The notes under the pieces: generated by a model
The model's database searches: none
Seen by the model: the letters and a program-made list of their open reading frames with translations, nothing else
Told to the model about the DNA's origin: nothing
Assembly (NCBI RefSeq): GCF_009914755.1
Contig: NC_060944.1
Strand: one strand, 5' to 3'
DNA length: 64,000 nucleotides
From: the human T2T-CHM13v2.0 reference genome, Homo sapiens
Program-made: the position numbers and the translations under genes
In this document: piece by piece, positions 1 to 13,801 of the stretch
Layout of the letters: each line of letters starts with the position of its first letter
Position numbering within the stretch: the first letter of the stretch is position 1

Positions 1-75
1 CTGCTCTACTTACCTCCTCCCTGAGAAGCTTCTTTCTTCAATCAGGGGCAATCTTAAACAGGACATTAGCACTAG

Positions 76-157
76 ATACACACAGACACAGATACACACA
101 CAGACATGCACGCGTGCGTGCGCGCACACACACACACACACGCACGCACACACACAC
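76..157. repeat. Compound (CA)n/(CG)n alternating purine-pyrimidine microsatellite
   Basis: Directly visible: ...cacagacacagatacacacacagacatgcacgcgtgcgtgcgcgcacacacacacacacacgcacgcacacacacac. Confidence 0.9.
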
Positions 158-671
158 CCCCCAAATAGGTTTTCTTGAAGTTTTACAGAAAATTCCTGGG
201 GAGACATGGAAGAGGATTAACATGATGCACTCCAAAGCACAGACTTAATAAAAGTGCATTGGCTACCTCTATTTTTCCCCAAGCAAAATACCTCATGTTT
301 TTCTTTCTCATAATGTCATCTCTTCCATATGCTTTCTAAAATGTGCCCTTCCTCATTCTAAGCAGGTTAGTTGTCACCCTCAGCTTGCATAAGCCACCCA
401 GCAGAGCAAAAGCCTCTGTTGTTTCTAAAACCTGCCCTCTTGGGGGCCTCTTCCTTCCCCTTAGGTTGCTTATCACAGTCTCCAGTATTTGAAAATTCAT
501 CTCTCTTCTTTTGGGGAGCCAGTAAATAGCAACAGGAGATTAAGCTGCTAATAATAACTAACATTTATAGTTAGCTTATTGTATGCCAGGCAGCATACTA
601 AGTACTTTCTATATTACATTAAATAAGATTATCTTTATATCCCTCTACCTGCAGGTTTGTCTCCTACGGAA

Positions 672-782
672 GACTGTAAGCATTTGCACAGTGATGACTA
701 TATTATTTTTTTCTGTATTCTTAATACTTAGCAACATGCCTGGCACATAGTAAGCACTTCATAAATGCTTGTTGGATGAATA
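672..782 (+). mobile_element. L2 3' end fragment
   Basis: gactgtaagc...tgcctggcacatagtaagcacttcataaatgcttgttggatgaa matches the typical L2 terminus. Confidence 0.7.
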
Positions 783-1971
783 GTGTGTATGCATTGATGT
801 GATGTAATTGGTGGTGAGAAGAATCAGCCTGTTCACAGTAACTTTAGTCATAGTTCTTTTTATATTTGTTTTTTGTTTTCACTTCACCATGGTTGTCTTC
901 CACTATTCATCATGTAGTCAGTACAAGCCCTGGTTGTCACTCTGTTAGCCATGGATATTTTCAGCTCTTATATTCTGACAACTAATTATTCCATGGGAAG
1001 TCTTTTAATCAGGATTCTCTTTGTTTATATTGAAATGACTAATATCTTTCTCACACATCTCATTTCAGCAATATGAGTTGATGCTGTATTTTGGATCATG
1101 TATTTTAGACCAGGTGGCCAGGCAGCAGCACTCCCCACCAATGCAGACAGGTTAGGTTTTCAGTCTGTGCTTGGTGCATCTCTAGGGGGTTAATGAAGCC
1201 TTCCCGTCGAAGCCGCTGTGATGAGAGGACAGGCAGGACTCCTGCTCCCTCCCCACCTGCTCTGAGTTCTAATCCGAGCAGCTCTTCTTCTGTCTGGTTT
1301 ACATATTCATCTTTTGGGTGAAATGGTGTTAAATATAATATATTTGAAAACGATTGGGTTAAAAAAGCTATTCTATTTAAAATATCAAGATGGCCATACA
1401 TAACACACATAGTTGGGTAGTGTAGTCAACTGCTGAAAATAAATACAGCACAACCCAACAAAACACCTTTCCCCTCAAACACTAACAAAGTAAAATAAAA
1501 TAAAAGCAAAACCCTGAAACCCAAGCAGAAATGTAAAGCTGAAGAGACATTTTCTAGATTGGTCAGTCACAGCAGTGTATTCAGAAGGCAGTTCTTCCTC
1601 CGGGTTTGAGAGGCCTGTAGCCATGTATACAGAAACTATCTTGGGTAAGGTGCCTCTACTCTGTCGGGCTTACTATTTAAGATCCTTAGTGGGTGTCAGA
1701 GGCCTTTGGCCTGTACTGCACAGGTCTTTTCTTGTTTGTGGAACGTCAAATTCATTTTCTCTCCAACAGGCCTTTTGGTTTCTTAAAACTCTCCGGTTCT
1801 TGTCCCTGCACGTTTTTCCCTCTCAATGGCATTTGACTCAGGTTGCCAGTCATTAATTTCCTTGTATGGAATTAAGGAGATCTTCTGGTCCATTCTGTGG
1901 CTAGAGGCAATAAGAGAACCCATCCTCATAGATCTAGTCTCAACATGAAGCATTAGAATGTAAACTCCCAA

Positions 1972-2100
1972 CTCTAGAATATAAATAAGGTCACTGAGGA
2001 CAGGGATTTCTAACTGTTTTATTCATAGATGTTTCCCTACCTCCTAGAGCAGTGTTTAGTAATCTGTAGGCACTCAGTAAATATTGTTTAAATGAATGAA
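1972..2100 (+). mobile_element. L2 3' end fragment
   Basis: ctagaatataa...gaggacagggattt...taggcactcagtaaatattgtttaaatgaatgaa. Confidence 0.7.
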
Positions 2101-3221
2101 GGAAGGAAATACCGGTCTCACAGTCACGCCTTTTATACTTTTGAGAATGAATTTCTCAACTGTCTTATCCCTCGATCTGTTATTAACTATGCTAAAAATA
2201 TTTCCTGGCTTTGAGTAGCATTGTAGAAGGTCCTCTTCCATTTTCCGATTTTCATAGATGATCTTCCATTAAAAAAAGACGCTGGCATGTTTCTGCTGTA
2301 GAAAAAAGGAAGCAAAGGGATAGTTACAACTCCTTCTACTCTTCTCCCCCAGAAAAACCTTTCGAGGCCTCACCAATAGATGGCTTGCTTTCTCCTCCAA
2401 TCACCAGCAGACAGAGGGGCCCTGGTGTACTGCTGTGTTCTCCACACCAAGGGGGAAATGAATAATGTGTGAGATTCCTCTCTGGAATGTTGAGTGTCTC
2501 AACCTTCCTTCTACAATTATATTTTCTGCTTCACGGTGATGACAGCATCACCTGTGGGTTCAGAATCAGAGACCTCCAGCTTCTGTCCCCATTTTGGGGT
2601 AATGTATGTGCCACCTTTCTTGGATTTTATTTAATCAGTGAGTCTCCTCCCCAGGAGATTGGGGACTCAACTATCTCTAAACATTTTCTCATCTTTTCTT
2701 CACCTAGGGTTCCTGGGCTCCTGTTGGGCCTCACTGGAAGCTCCTAGGGTTAAACCAACCTTGGGCATTAATTTCAGTGTCTGTTCTCCACAGTCACAAA
2801 AATATGGACCTCTAGTTACACTTCATAAAATAGCAGAGATCCTACCTAGTCCACTGACAGATGTCAGCATAGCATCCTCTTCTAGAAATTTACTAGCTTA
2901 TGTTTTCTGGGTACCCCCAAATTCTATAGCAAGATCTAATTCTCAGTGCAGATCTTAACACCGTATCTGAGTATTTTGTGTCTATATGAGTTTGCCTATT
3001 CATAAGAGTCCAGCGAATGGTATTAAACATCCCCTTTTGTCTCCTGCAATTGCCCTTAGATCCTTCCTGAGGATATGCCAGTCTAGTTATGAGAGGTGAT
3101 CCGGACGTTGTTCATCTAGAGTTAATCTGGACATTGTTCTAGATAAAACACACATAAAACCATGAACTCTAAAATGTCCTCAGTCCTTTAAGGATGATAG
3201 AATGTGCTTATAGGTTATAGC

Positions 3222-3334
3222 TAGGTTGATTATATAATTTATTATTTAAAACATGACACCTTGAAAGCAAAAGGGAACGGTATTTATAATTACATTGCCT
3301 CAGAAGTCATAAACCAGGACCTATAGTCACTCTG
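3222..3334 (+). mobile_element. MER81-like hAT (Blackjack) DNA transposon relic
   Basis: Ends taggttgat.../...gtcactctg resemble the TAGGGTGACC TIRs; 8-bp hAT-type TSD gttatagc (3214-3221) / gttatggc (3335-3342). Confidence 0.65.
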
Positions 3335-4504
3335 GTTATGGCAGAAATCTTGCATTGGAAAATCTTTCCTTCAACTTATTTCACCCTACATGGTGAAAAT
3401 TTTTTAAAACTCTTCTTTAAAGTAGTCTTTCACCTTAAGGATTCACTTTTTCCGAACCACCAATGTCCTTTCCGATATAATTATGTGGTCTAATTCACCC
3501 ATTCCTTCACATTGTTCATGTTCTTAACCACTTTCTCTATCTTTACTAGAGTTGGCTAGGGCTCTAGAGATGTCCTAAGCTTTTTCTTGAATAGCAGCTG
3601 ACTGGACAAGTGAAGACTTTCTTTTCTAACTTATCCTAATAAATTGGAATCTCACTTTTGTTTTGTTTCAACGCCAAATGAGGACTAGCAGTGGCAAGAT
3701 AAGGGTGGAACAGAGGAGGAAAAGGAAGGACAGGATAAAGGAAGGAAGCCTACCACTTACGTATACATCACACCTGGGATGCTCATGCTCTTGTCCCCTG
3801 CCTGCGTTAGCCTTGGACTCACTGCTCCCTTGAGATGCCACTAAGAGGGAAAGGGAGAGCATATTTAGAACACTCACCCCACCCCAACTTTACCACCTTC
3901 ACTGATGCTCCTCAAGTCCTTAACCTTCTCGCTAGCTTCCCCAGCCTCCTTCCTGGTCTTGAGCAGCATTCATGCGGAGTCTCAAATCAGAGCCCCTTGC
4001 CCTGCTTCCTCACTTGCCTCATACTGTCTCTGTATTGCTTTCCTCTTGCAAGAACTCGTTCACCACACTAGGAGAAAAGCCTAGAAGAACCCTATTCTTA
4101 TTGCTTTATGGATGAGAATGTAAGGGGTTAGGAAGAGCCCCCATTTTCTTATCTTTATGTTGAAAACGCAGGGTGATATGTGGTCTTGACACATCAATTT
4201 AGAATTCTGAATTTATTTTCTCATCAAAACCCCTTTATAACTGGCCATTTGGTTTCGAAATACTACAAGTAGTACCCACTGGATATATTAGCTATATTGG
4301 TGTTTAAATAGATGTTTATATTCTTATCTATCAGTCTAATTACCATGTATAATAGTATTTCCATACAAAAATCTGAGCTTAGTTCCTCAAGATTGCTCAG
4401 ATAAAATTTGGGGAGATTGTCTATTTATAATTAGGTCTATCTCCCTTTTTTGCTAGTTCTCATTTGAATACATTCAATTCCAAGCTGTTAAAAGTTAGCA
4501 ATGC

Positions 4505-4755
4505 TAATGATAGTGATGATCACTAATGTTTATTAAGCAGCCTTCATGTAGCAGGTGCTGCATTAGTTACTATATTGTCATTATAATTCATATCTCACTG
4601 TGATGAAAGTATTATTTCCATATTACAGATGAGGAAAGTGAGGCACAGTGAAGAAGAGTGAGGGGCTTAAGCTTATGTAATGAATAAATGATAAAGCTAA
4701 GATTCATGCCCAGGCTTGTCAGACTCTGAAATTGGCATATTTTTACAATGCCATG
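4505..4755 (-). mobile_element. MIR
   Basis: MIR core tattatttccatattacagatgaggaaagtgaggcacag. Confidence 0.75.
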
Positions 4756-5807
4756 TGGCCACCTGTGCCTGGCCATATTTTACCATGTGTTACCACGCTG
4801 GTGTGTCTATTTTAGGTTAGGAGCAATTTTAGAGAGAAGCAGTGCCCTAATCTGCATCTTCAATGCCATTTAGGTATGTTAGTTAGGACAGTTGGATGCT
4901 AAAGCACTTAAAGTAACTTTTAGGTCATTTGCATTTTCCAACAGTGGTAAATGAAGATATCAAATAAATCATATATTCCCTTTGATTTGGAGTTGCTTGC
5001 TATGTTCTCTCCCTTCTGCTGGTTTTTCATTCATTGCAGCCAATAGCTATTGGATTCATGTTGTTGGCTAAATCTACCCTTTTTCTAATCATGCTTCCTG
5101 AAGGTTGGAGGGGGAAATATTTGCCATAAAATTGATTTCTAAGGACAGGGCAATGAGTAAGGCCGATATCGGAATGTTGATAGAAAAAAGCCCTTCTTTT
5201 GTCTTGTTGGCTGTAAAATATCTTGCATGGCCCAGAGTACAATGAACTTAAAATACAAGGAGAGCGCAATGCAAGTCACCATGATGACTCTGACATCAGT
5301 ATTTTCCATATCTCTTTTAACCCAATTGTGACTTTGTAGAATGTAAATTGCATAGAAAATATATTTTTTCATACTGTCTCTAAATCCTAGTTTCCTTTCT
5401 TGTCATATTCTTTTTTTTATTTTTCAATTAAAATAGGATCCTGTTTTCCTTTCTTTTCATAGTCTTTTTTTATTTCTCAATTAAAACAGGATGGGTAAAA
5501 AGGACACAAATTCTGCCATTGCAAATGATCTATCAGTTTTGGGGGACATACTGACTCAATGAAGATCCAGTGTTGTCTTTCAAAATTTCATTTACATTCC
5601 GCTCATTCACACTTTTAATTGTTATTCCCTTAAAAATTAATAAATAAAAGGAGCCATCTTGTTTACATATTTCTGCACTTTTTTTCTTCATAGACAGAAG
5701 TCTTTCAAATCTGATTCATATTTCTTTTCAGATTGCACTCTTAAGTTCAACTCTTCACGGACGTCTATAATATTCCTTATCTCAGCTAGTTCTCCAGAAT
5801 ATGCTTA

Positions 5808-6624
5808 TGAAAAAGAAAAGGTTCCCTTGTCCCCCTCACAGGGCATGTGATGGGGGTGTGGCTCACTTCTTCAGTGTCCTGCTGCTCAAACCTCTAGGGG
5901 AGCATACAAACTGACAGGCTGTGGGGCTCCAAACCCACGACAGTGTCTAGGGGTGAACGCTGAGGGCCCCAGTGGGCTGAAGCCCCAGTGGGCGTGTGTT
6001 ACAGGGTGCTTTTTTAGTTTAGCCATTTGTAGGTGGCTTGTATTAGCTCAGTTAGACTGTGGTCTTAATTGCAGAGACAAAGGGCTTTCTGTATCCTGGG
6101 ACTCTTGCCTTGCTGTTGTACGGATCATATGTGGACTTGGAGAATGAGTGCAAGGTTTTATTGAGTGGAAGTAGCTTTCAGCAGATGGGGGAGCCAGAAG
6201 GGAGATGGTTTTCCCCTAGAGTTGGGCCTCCGCTTGGCGGACTGGGCTCTCCTCCAACTGCCCCAGCCAAACTCCATGTCGTTCTGCTGGTTGGTGGCCT
6301 GCTGGCCTGCCGACGTCTGTCAGTTTGTTCTTCTCGACGTCCAGCCACCTGTGTGTTCTCCGCTGATGTGCTCCTCTCCATATCCAGTTGCTTCTGTGTT
6401 TGCCTGCTAGGTTCTCGCAGGTTTTCGTAGGCACACGATGGGGGTGTGGCAGACCAGGGTGGTCTTGGGAAATGCAACATTTGGGCAGAAAATGCCTGTC
6501 TTCACCTAGGTCCATACGGGTGGAACCCTAGCCAGGGACCATGCTCTCCTCCTAGCACTTCCCTTCCTGCCTTCTGTATCATTTAAAGGGACCACTCTCT
6601 TCCCTTCCCAGCACTCCCATATCA
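5808..6624 (-). mobile_element. Solo LTR1-family (ERV1) LTR
   Basis: TG...CA termini, perfect 4-bp TSD CTTA (5804-5807 / 6625-6628); reverse complement begins TGATATGGGAGTGCTGGGAAGGGAAGAG and ends GAGGGGGACAAGGGAACC...TTTCA, as recalled for LTR1. Confidence 0.85.
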
Positions 6625-7261
6625 CTTACAACCAACCTCTGATTATATAGGCAAAAAAAAACCATGGTTCTAGTGAACAACCTGAAAACCACAAATAAAA
6701 GATGCATCAACGAATTATACTGACATTATAGGAAGATATGCAAATGTACTATTTCTATGGAATGAATACTCTGGGGACAATGTCTCACGCTGTGCATTAT
6801 GGAATCATGAATTTCAGCAGTTTCATTTTTCTGTGTTTTACATTAAAATAGCAAAGAAAGAGTACATGTCTAGAAAACTATTTCTTAGTGACCTGTTAGA
6901 CACATGCCAGAATGTCTAATGTTTTTCACATGTGGTTCACCTGAGCCTGTAAGATTTGATAATGCACCATTCTGAAATAAATGAGTGCCTCTAAATGTAG
7001 TAACACTTCTCATGTCCACTTAAAGGTCAATTATTTCAACCATTATGGTTTAGGAAAATGGGCTGGTTAAATAAGCTGAGTAAAATAAGCAGCCCAGCTC
7101 ACCAAGAAAGGACCTGATTTGAGAGAAATGGGACTAGGCTTGCTTTTCTCAAGTCCATCCTCAATAGCCATCAGTATCATATAAACTAAAATCTTATATA
7201 ATCTTATTTTAATCTCAATATAAGATAAAATCTGACCTTTAATAAGCCCCACTGTCTACAC

Positions 7262-7602
<341 letters not shown>

Positions 7603-8331
7603 TGAAGTCTACACTCCTTAACATGGTGTACAAAGTTCCTGATCTAGCCACTGCCAGCTTTTATAGCTTTTTTGCTTATCCTCTCTGTCTACTACTTTTA
7701 GCCACCTGAACTGCTAATATTTCCTTCCAATGTCCTTTGCTTTCTTAGCCCTATGTCTTTGTTAGGCTGACTTTTCTTTTTCTCCTTGAGATGTCTTTTT
7801 TTCTTTTTGCGGGGGTTGGGGGGGCCCAACATTTCTCGATCTCATTTGTGGATTATTTTCAGGATCACTGTGTTGTCCAGAAAACGGACATGGACCATTG
7901 ATTAGGTTGGGTTGGGCTGTCTTCTCTAATCCAACAGTAATAGAATAACCAGCACTTACAGAGTAATGTGAGAGGCTCTTGGTACATCCTGTAGGTGCAA
8001 GTTATCTAATTTGACCCCTCTACCCACCCTATGGAGGAAGGTATATGAGGCTGGGTCTTATGTAATAATAACTAGAGCACGGATTAGGTACTGGCTTTTC
8101 AGTGTCTTTTCCTCCCATGCCTTTATCCCTATATCTGCATGTATAACTAGGTCCAGAGGTGGGTAAACCTTGATGAGTTCATTCACTTCTCATATTCAGT
8201 GATTGCTCAGGAAAGGGCACGAGATTGGGTTGTGATCTAGAGGGCACTAGGGGAGCTATTAGGTAGGTTGCCTTTACCTAGAAAGATGAGATCGTCTGTA
8301 TGAGAGCATTTTGCACACTGAAAAAGCCATC

Positions 8332-8930
8332 ATGCTAGTTTTAGGCTTCAAGTAACAAGAAACCCAAAAGATTAAACAACAAGATTTATTATCTCACATC
8401 ACAAGAAGTTCAGAGATAAGGCAGTTCCAGGATTAGTTAATTCATTAGTTAATAACAATAAATATATAATTAAGAACCCAGGTCTCTTTTCATCTTTCTG
8501 CCCTGCCACACTTAGTGTATTGGCTTTTGTCTTCAGGGTTTTCACCTCGTGTTTTTGATATGGCTACCACGACTCCTAGACTACCTCATTACACAGCATT
8601 TACAGGCCAGGATAGGCTCCTCTTCATGTCATTATATGACAATAATTTTCATGTCCTTTTTAAAGCATAAAATAAAAATTCCCACACACCTCCAATAAAA
8701 CTTTCTGTTCTGTCCCATAAGCTAGAACTGCATCTCTTGCCCATTCCTGAGCAGTCAGTGAAAATGGAAGTGAAATGACATGATTGCCAAGACTGATCAA
8801 GGTTTATTCCCTAGAAGGATTGAGTTTCCCAGAGGCACATAGTCATTCAATGTTTGAATGAAATTGGGATTTTGGTAAAAGAAGAAGGGGCTAGGTCATG
8901 TCTTTTTATTAACTAGTGGTACCTGCCACA
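8332..8930 (-). mobile_element. Old MLT1 (J/K/L-like) MaLR LTR
   Basis: caagtaacaagaaaccc...ttaaacaacaagatttattatctcacat...; ends ctgccaca. Confidence 0.6.
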
Positions 8931-9059
8931 GCACTATACAAATATGAGCTCTCATTTTTAATATTAGTATATCAATGTTTAATATATGGCAGTGGTTTCA
9001 GAAAGATTCATTTTTGAGATAATTTTTAAGCAAAGAGGGTAATAGTGTTTTCTTTCCCA

Positions 9060-9472
9060 TGTTTTAGGTTGGGTTGCCTCAGAAGCAGAACCTAAAACAA
9101 TGATTTGAGTGCGACTAGTTTATTTGGAAGGTAGAGGCGGAGGGGAAGTGATACAAGGATATAGGGAAGAGAATGGATTATCACTGGGTGACCGAAGCTC
9201 ATTGCCATAGGGGCACTCTGAGAAATGGTACAGAATTACATGCAGAGTTATCCCTCAGAAGGAGGAAGGGAGCTGGGGTAATTGTACCCCAGCTTTTGCC
9301 AGTTATCTGTTGAGAAACTCAGGGAAGTGTGTTAATGTCCCCAGGGCCCTTGTGATATGGTGTTTTGCAGCTTGTGGGGAAGCTTTCAGGCAAAGACATA
9401 CAGATATTGGAAGCTAAAAGTCCCAGGGAACTGATAAGGCTCAGGGGATGTGAGACCAACAACAACTGCCAC
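9060..9472 (-). mobile_element. LTR33-like (ERVL) solo LTR
   Basis: tgttttaggttgggttgcctcagaagcaga...gatttgagtgcgactagtttatttgg; gagttatccc...gggagctgggg. Confidence 0.7.
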
Positions 9473-10297
9473 ATTCCTTTATGTCCATAACACAAAATAA
9501 AGAGCAGAAATGTCACAGAGCCTGCAAAGGGATGGAGATTTGTTTCGTCAAGAAGGGAAAGAAGCACTTTCATATTTTTTATTTAGCTCTCAAATGGGGT
9601 ACTTTCTAAAGCTGTGTGATTTATGTATGTATTATAGCCAGTTGTTTCCCTGCACACTGCTTACATTCATGTTATATTCTGGCAGAAAAAATCTGATTTT
9701 AATTGCTCTAAAAATACATGTTCTTATCTGCAGGATTTGTATTGAGGCTTACTGAGAGCAGCTTAAAGGTCAAAACCTTATATTTAAACTATTAGCTCTA
9801 ATTGTTAGCGGAGTACATTTTAATGTTACAGAGTTGGTTAAACTGCTGGTATCCTTCCACCTTCCAAGATGATTAAGAGCGCGGAAAAATAATTTATCTT
9901 AAATTTTTAAGTGTGTGTTTAATTTTCTCATTTATGGCATACGTAACAGAATGGCAATTAATTATTAAGTCTAAAGAAAGAGAATCATTGTTCAAAATCA
10001 GTACACTATGCTTCATTTAACTCCTATAAATATCACATTCTAGAGACATAAACTTGCGCAGTCAGTAGCAAAAGGTGGTTGTTAATAATCTGTTAGTCAC
10101 TGTGTACACTCAATTGGCCAAGCATTTTCTCCACTTATTCTTTTGTTATTTTCTCTTTTATTGTCCCAAGAATACAAAGCAATTAGCCAAAATTATATGA
10201 CAATCTCTGGAAATTATTTTATTTTCCATTTGTGGTTTGGGGACAGGGAAGGTAGGAGGAGGAGGGATGGAAAGAACTTGTCAAAAATTGAGGCAGG

Positions 10298-10766
10298 TGT
10301 AGTAGATTGAAATAGTAGGATCTCAAAACATGTCCATATCCTAACCTCTGGAACCTGTGAATGTGACCTTATTTGGAGAAATGGTCTCTGCGGATACAAT
10401 TAAGGATCTCAAGAGGAAATAATCCTGGATTCAGGGTGGGCTTAAAGTCAGATGTACATTTGAAACACAGGGATACACAGGGAAGGTCAGAGGGATACTG
10501 GAGACACAGTATCCCAGAGGACAAGAGCTTGTGAAGATGGTCACAGAGATTGGAGTCATGTGGTCCCAAGCAAAGGGATGCCTGGAGTGACCAGAAGCTG
10601 GAATTAGCAAGGAAGATTCTTCCCTGTACCTTCTGAGGTAGTACAGCCCTACTGACACATTGATTTTGGACCTCTGGCCTCCAGAGATGTGACAGAATAA
10701 ATTTATGTTGTTTCAAGTCACCAGTTGTGTGGTAATTTGTTACAGAAACCCAAGAAAACTTATATA
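10298..10766 (+). mobile_element. MLT1C MaLR solo LTR
   Basis: Strong match to recalled MLT1C (ctggaacctgtgaatgtgaccttatttgga; ggacctctggcctccaga; aataaatt); 5-bp TSD GCAGG (10293-10297 / 10767-10771). Confidence 0.85.
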
Positions 10767-11367
10767 GCAGGTATTTTATTAGTGGTAGTAATGATAATGG
10801 AGGTAACGTTTTGCCTATAATTTTATAGTTTACCAGATGTTCTCATCTATGATTATCAGAGTCAAATGGTAAGCTGAATGATACATAGAAATTAAATGTC
10901 CTGCCCCAGCTATAGCCATAAGCAGTCCAGTATCTCAGACACAGAGCCACTAGCCCACAAGAAGCTACCTCCGGGAAGGGAAGGTTGAGGAGCTTCCTCA
11001 AGCCTCTAAGGAGTAACAAATCCTGGTGGAAAGTTTTTTCTCCCCACCCCATATTTTCTAAAGCCAGCCTTATAAAAGCTGTGCTTCCATTTTCTCATTA
11101 AACGTTCCTCTCAGCCAGCACTCGACGTTCACTGTGTGGACACATTCCAATGAGTTTTGTTTTTTTCTTTACCATATGGTGATTTCAATTTGTACTCACT
11201 GTAGATTCATTCATTTCTTTATTAAATGCACATTTACTTCATACTTCCCAAAGGCCTAACCTGTGCTTATGCTGAAGGACAATAGCAGTATAATGATTTT
11301 AGTACCCATGTTTCTTAGAAACGTAGCCTTCACATTTTGTGCACAAAACAATCCTGTATAACTAATC

Positions 11368-11660
11368 TTTTTTTTTTTTTTTTTTGAGATGGAGTCTTGC
11401 TCTGTCACCCAGGCTGGAGTGCAATGGCGCAATCTCGGCTCACTGCAACCTCCGCCTCCCGGGTTCAGCCATTCTCCTGCCTCAGCCTCCCAAGTAGCTG
11501 GGACTACAGGCGCCCGCCACCATGCCCGGCTAATTTTTTTTTTTTTTTTATTTAGTAGAGACGGGGTTTCACCGTGTTAGCCAGGATGGTCTCGAACTCC
11601 TGACCTCGTGATCCGCACGTCTCAGCCTCCCAAAGTGCTGGGATTACAGGCTTGAGCCAC
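11368..11660 (-). mobile_element. AluY/Sc-like, slightly 5'-truncated
   Basis: Alu dimer with ccgtgttagccaggatggtctcg; TSD aactaatc (11360-11367 / 11661-11668). Confidence 0.9.
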
Positions 11661-12096
11661 AACTAATCATTTTTAACAAAAAAATTTAAGGACAAGATTT
11701 GTGCAGTATTAAGAGCCATTACTTATTACTGTGTGACTGAGATCATTTATAGTCATTCAATGTTTGAGCAGGTTAGTTTTCATTAGCAGTTTCTCCCCCC
11801 TCTTGGTTAAGAGAGTGAATGTTTCAGATGTGGTGACTTGGTTGCCTGTTGTTCAAATATACGCTACTGGCAGTTTCTCAAAATGTCAATCACTTCATCT
11901 CTGCTTTAATTTACTACATATATTGCTCAGAGTGCTGAATTAATGATGTGAACTTGAAGTTTCAGGTCTTCAAGTAATCCCTGGGTGATGCATCAGGATT
12001 AGGCCTTTGTAGTAGAAATTATGGACATGCGTGCTGAGCTTTTTGTGTCTTGCTATTTTTTCAGCCTTGTATGAAGGGCCAAAAGATGTGAAGCCT

Positions 12097-12541
12097 TATT
12101 AAACCCAGTTTATGGGAATCTGTTGTTTTGGACTGAGCTCCTGCAACTAGGCCCATACCAGACCAAACCAGAATGGAGTCACTCTTGCTAGGTGCCATGT
12201 AATAACCAAACTGAATGACCAGTTTTCCAAAAAACAGGAGATTTCACAGCAACCAATCAGAAAGGGCTCAGTCTACCTAAAGCCTGGAGGATAAGGAAAT
12301 TCTGTCTACTTTAACCTTATAAGGAAAGTAACTTTGAAATGACCAATCTGCTTTTCGTTCTTTATTTCTTGATCCTTATTTCTGCTTTCTTTAGCAATTT
12401 CTGTCTATAAAGTCAACACCTGCTGCTCGGCTCATGGGAGTTTCTCCTGTTTTGTAGACAGGATGCTGCTCAATTCTGAATCGCTAACAAAAGCCAGTTC
12501 TATCTTTAAACCTCAGTTAGTGAAAATTTTGTTTTTTGACA
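12097..12541 (+). mobile_element. MER4-group ERV1 solo LTR (LTR54/LTR56/MER57-like)
   Basis: tttggactgagctcctgca.ctaggccc...gaccaaaccagaatggagtcactc; ends ttttgaca; exact subfamily uncertain. Confidence 0.65.
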
Positions 12542-13801
12542 AGCTATAAGAAGCACATAGCCACATGACTTATGATTATACATTTTTAGATTATTTCTTA
12601 ACTATTAAGATTCTCAAAAATGTTTAGGAAAATAAATGACCTCTAGGTTTAGGTTTATGGTGGACTAAGTGGTGAACCATTTGATCTTGAAAAAAGAAAA
12701 AGAGGATGAAAAGTAACAAAGTTGCACTCATCCCTGATTTCTAAACATCTGGTCATATTAAAAGATTCTCATGTATTCCAGAACTTAAAGTATAATTAAA
12801 AAACAAGTTTCTCTTTTTTAACTTTTAATCCTAAATAGTATGTAGTTTTAAATTCTCATATACTATTATATACCTCTTTTACTACAATCATCACTTTCTT
12901 TGCAAATATTTTCATTGGAATCACTAGTAAAGCCATATATTGCCTTATTCACAGTCCAGGTAAAGAATTTGAGAGCCTTCTTACCTGTGTTTGGACATTC
13001 ATTTTTTGGATATACTTTAATGTGTCCACATGGATATACTTTTGGATACGCTTTAATGTGTCCACATGGTAACTTGAAGCAATAGCAACTATGTTTAACT
13101 TATCAAATTTTCCATAAACCAATTTGATGGTCAATCCCTGTAATATTTAGTTCTTCTTCTGCACAAGATATGTTCTTGTTACAAGTCTTTCTACTTATTA
13201 AAAAAAATACCAGTTAAAAGAGAAGGACATTTAGGCTCTATCTTTTAAAACCTAAATTATTAATTACACGTATGTTTCTTGAGGATGGTGTGGAGATCCA
13301 GCTGTGAAAGCCTAAAACACAGGAAGGGCCACACCGTCAGATTTGAGCGTTGCTTTATCTGGAAGGGTAATTTCATTTTCCTCAGTGTGAGTGGTGAACA
13401 AAGAGGAACTAAAGGTAGAGACCAGATGGAGAACTGGGTCACTTTTCTGGGTCTTGTTGTATTTGGATTTTTATTCTTTGACTCAAGTTTTGTTTCAGAT
13501 GTGGTGAACTTTAAGAAAGGAGGATATGCTGACGTTCAAATATAAATATGTATTATGTTCTTACTTTTATCCATGCTTCTGTTTTCCTCCACTGGTATAA
13601 AAATTGCCTTAAATATAGAAAAGAAATTTTTTTCTACTTAATAATGTATGTTATGTATAATTGGGATCAATGAATAATCTCGTTGATCAAGAGTGTCTTC
13701 AAATACAGATGTATTTTAGAAGGGAATGGAGATTGCTTTATGTTTAGCATTTCAATGTGTAGCATTTCAATTGAGCATCTACTTTGGATCAGATCCTCAG
13801 A

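Noticed and set aside
10-235. Cys/Val-rich ORFs (also 39230-39589)
   Set aside because: Translations of (CA)n microsatellites
1105-1125. agaccaggtggcca as a CTCF site
   Set aside because: Only a partial core match; not supportable from sequence alone
5953-6515. Cluster of overlapping 64-123 aa ORFs
   Set aside because: Entirely inside the GC-rich LTR1 solo LTR
13499-13545. KGGYADV resembling a kinase glycine-rich loop
   Set aside because: Followed immediately by a stop; no other kinase motifs (VAIK, HRD, DFG) in any candidate exon
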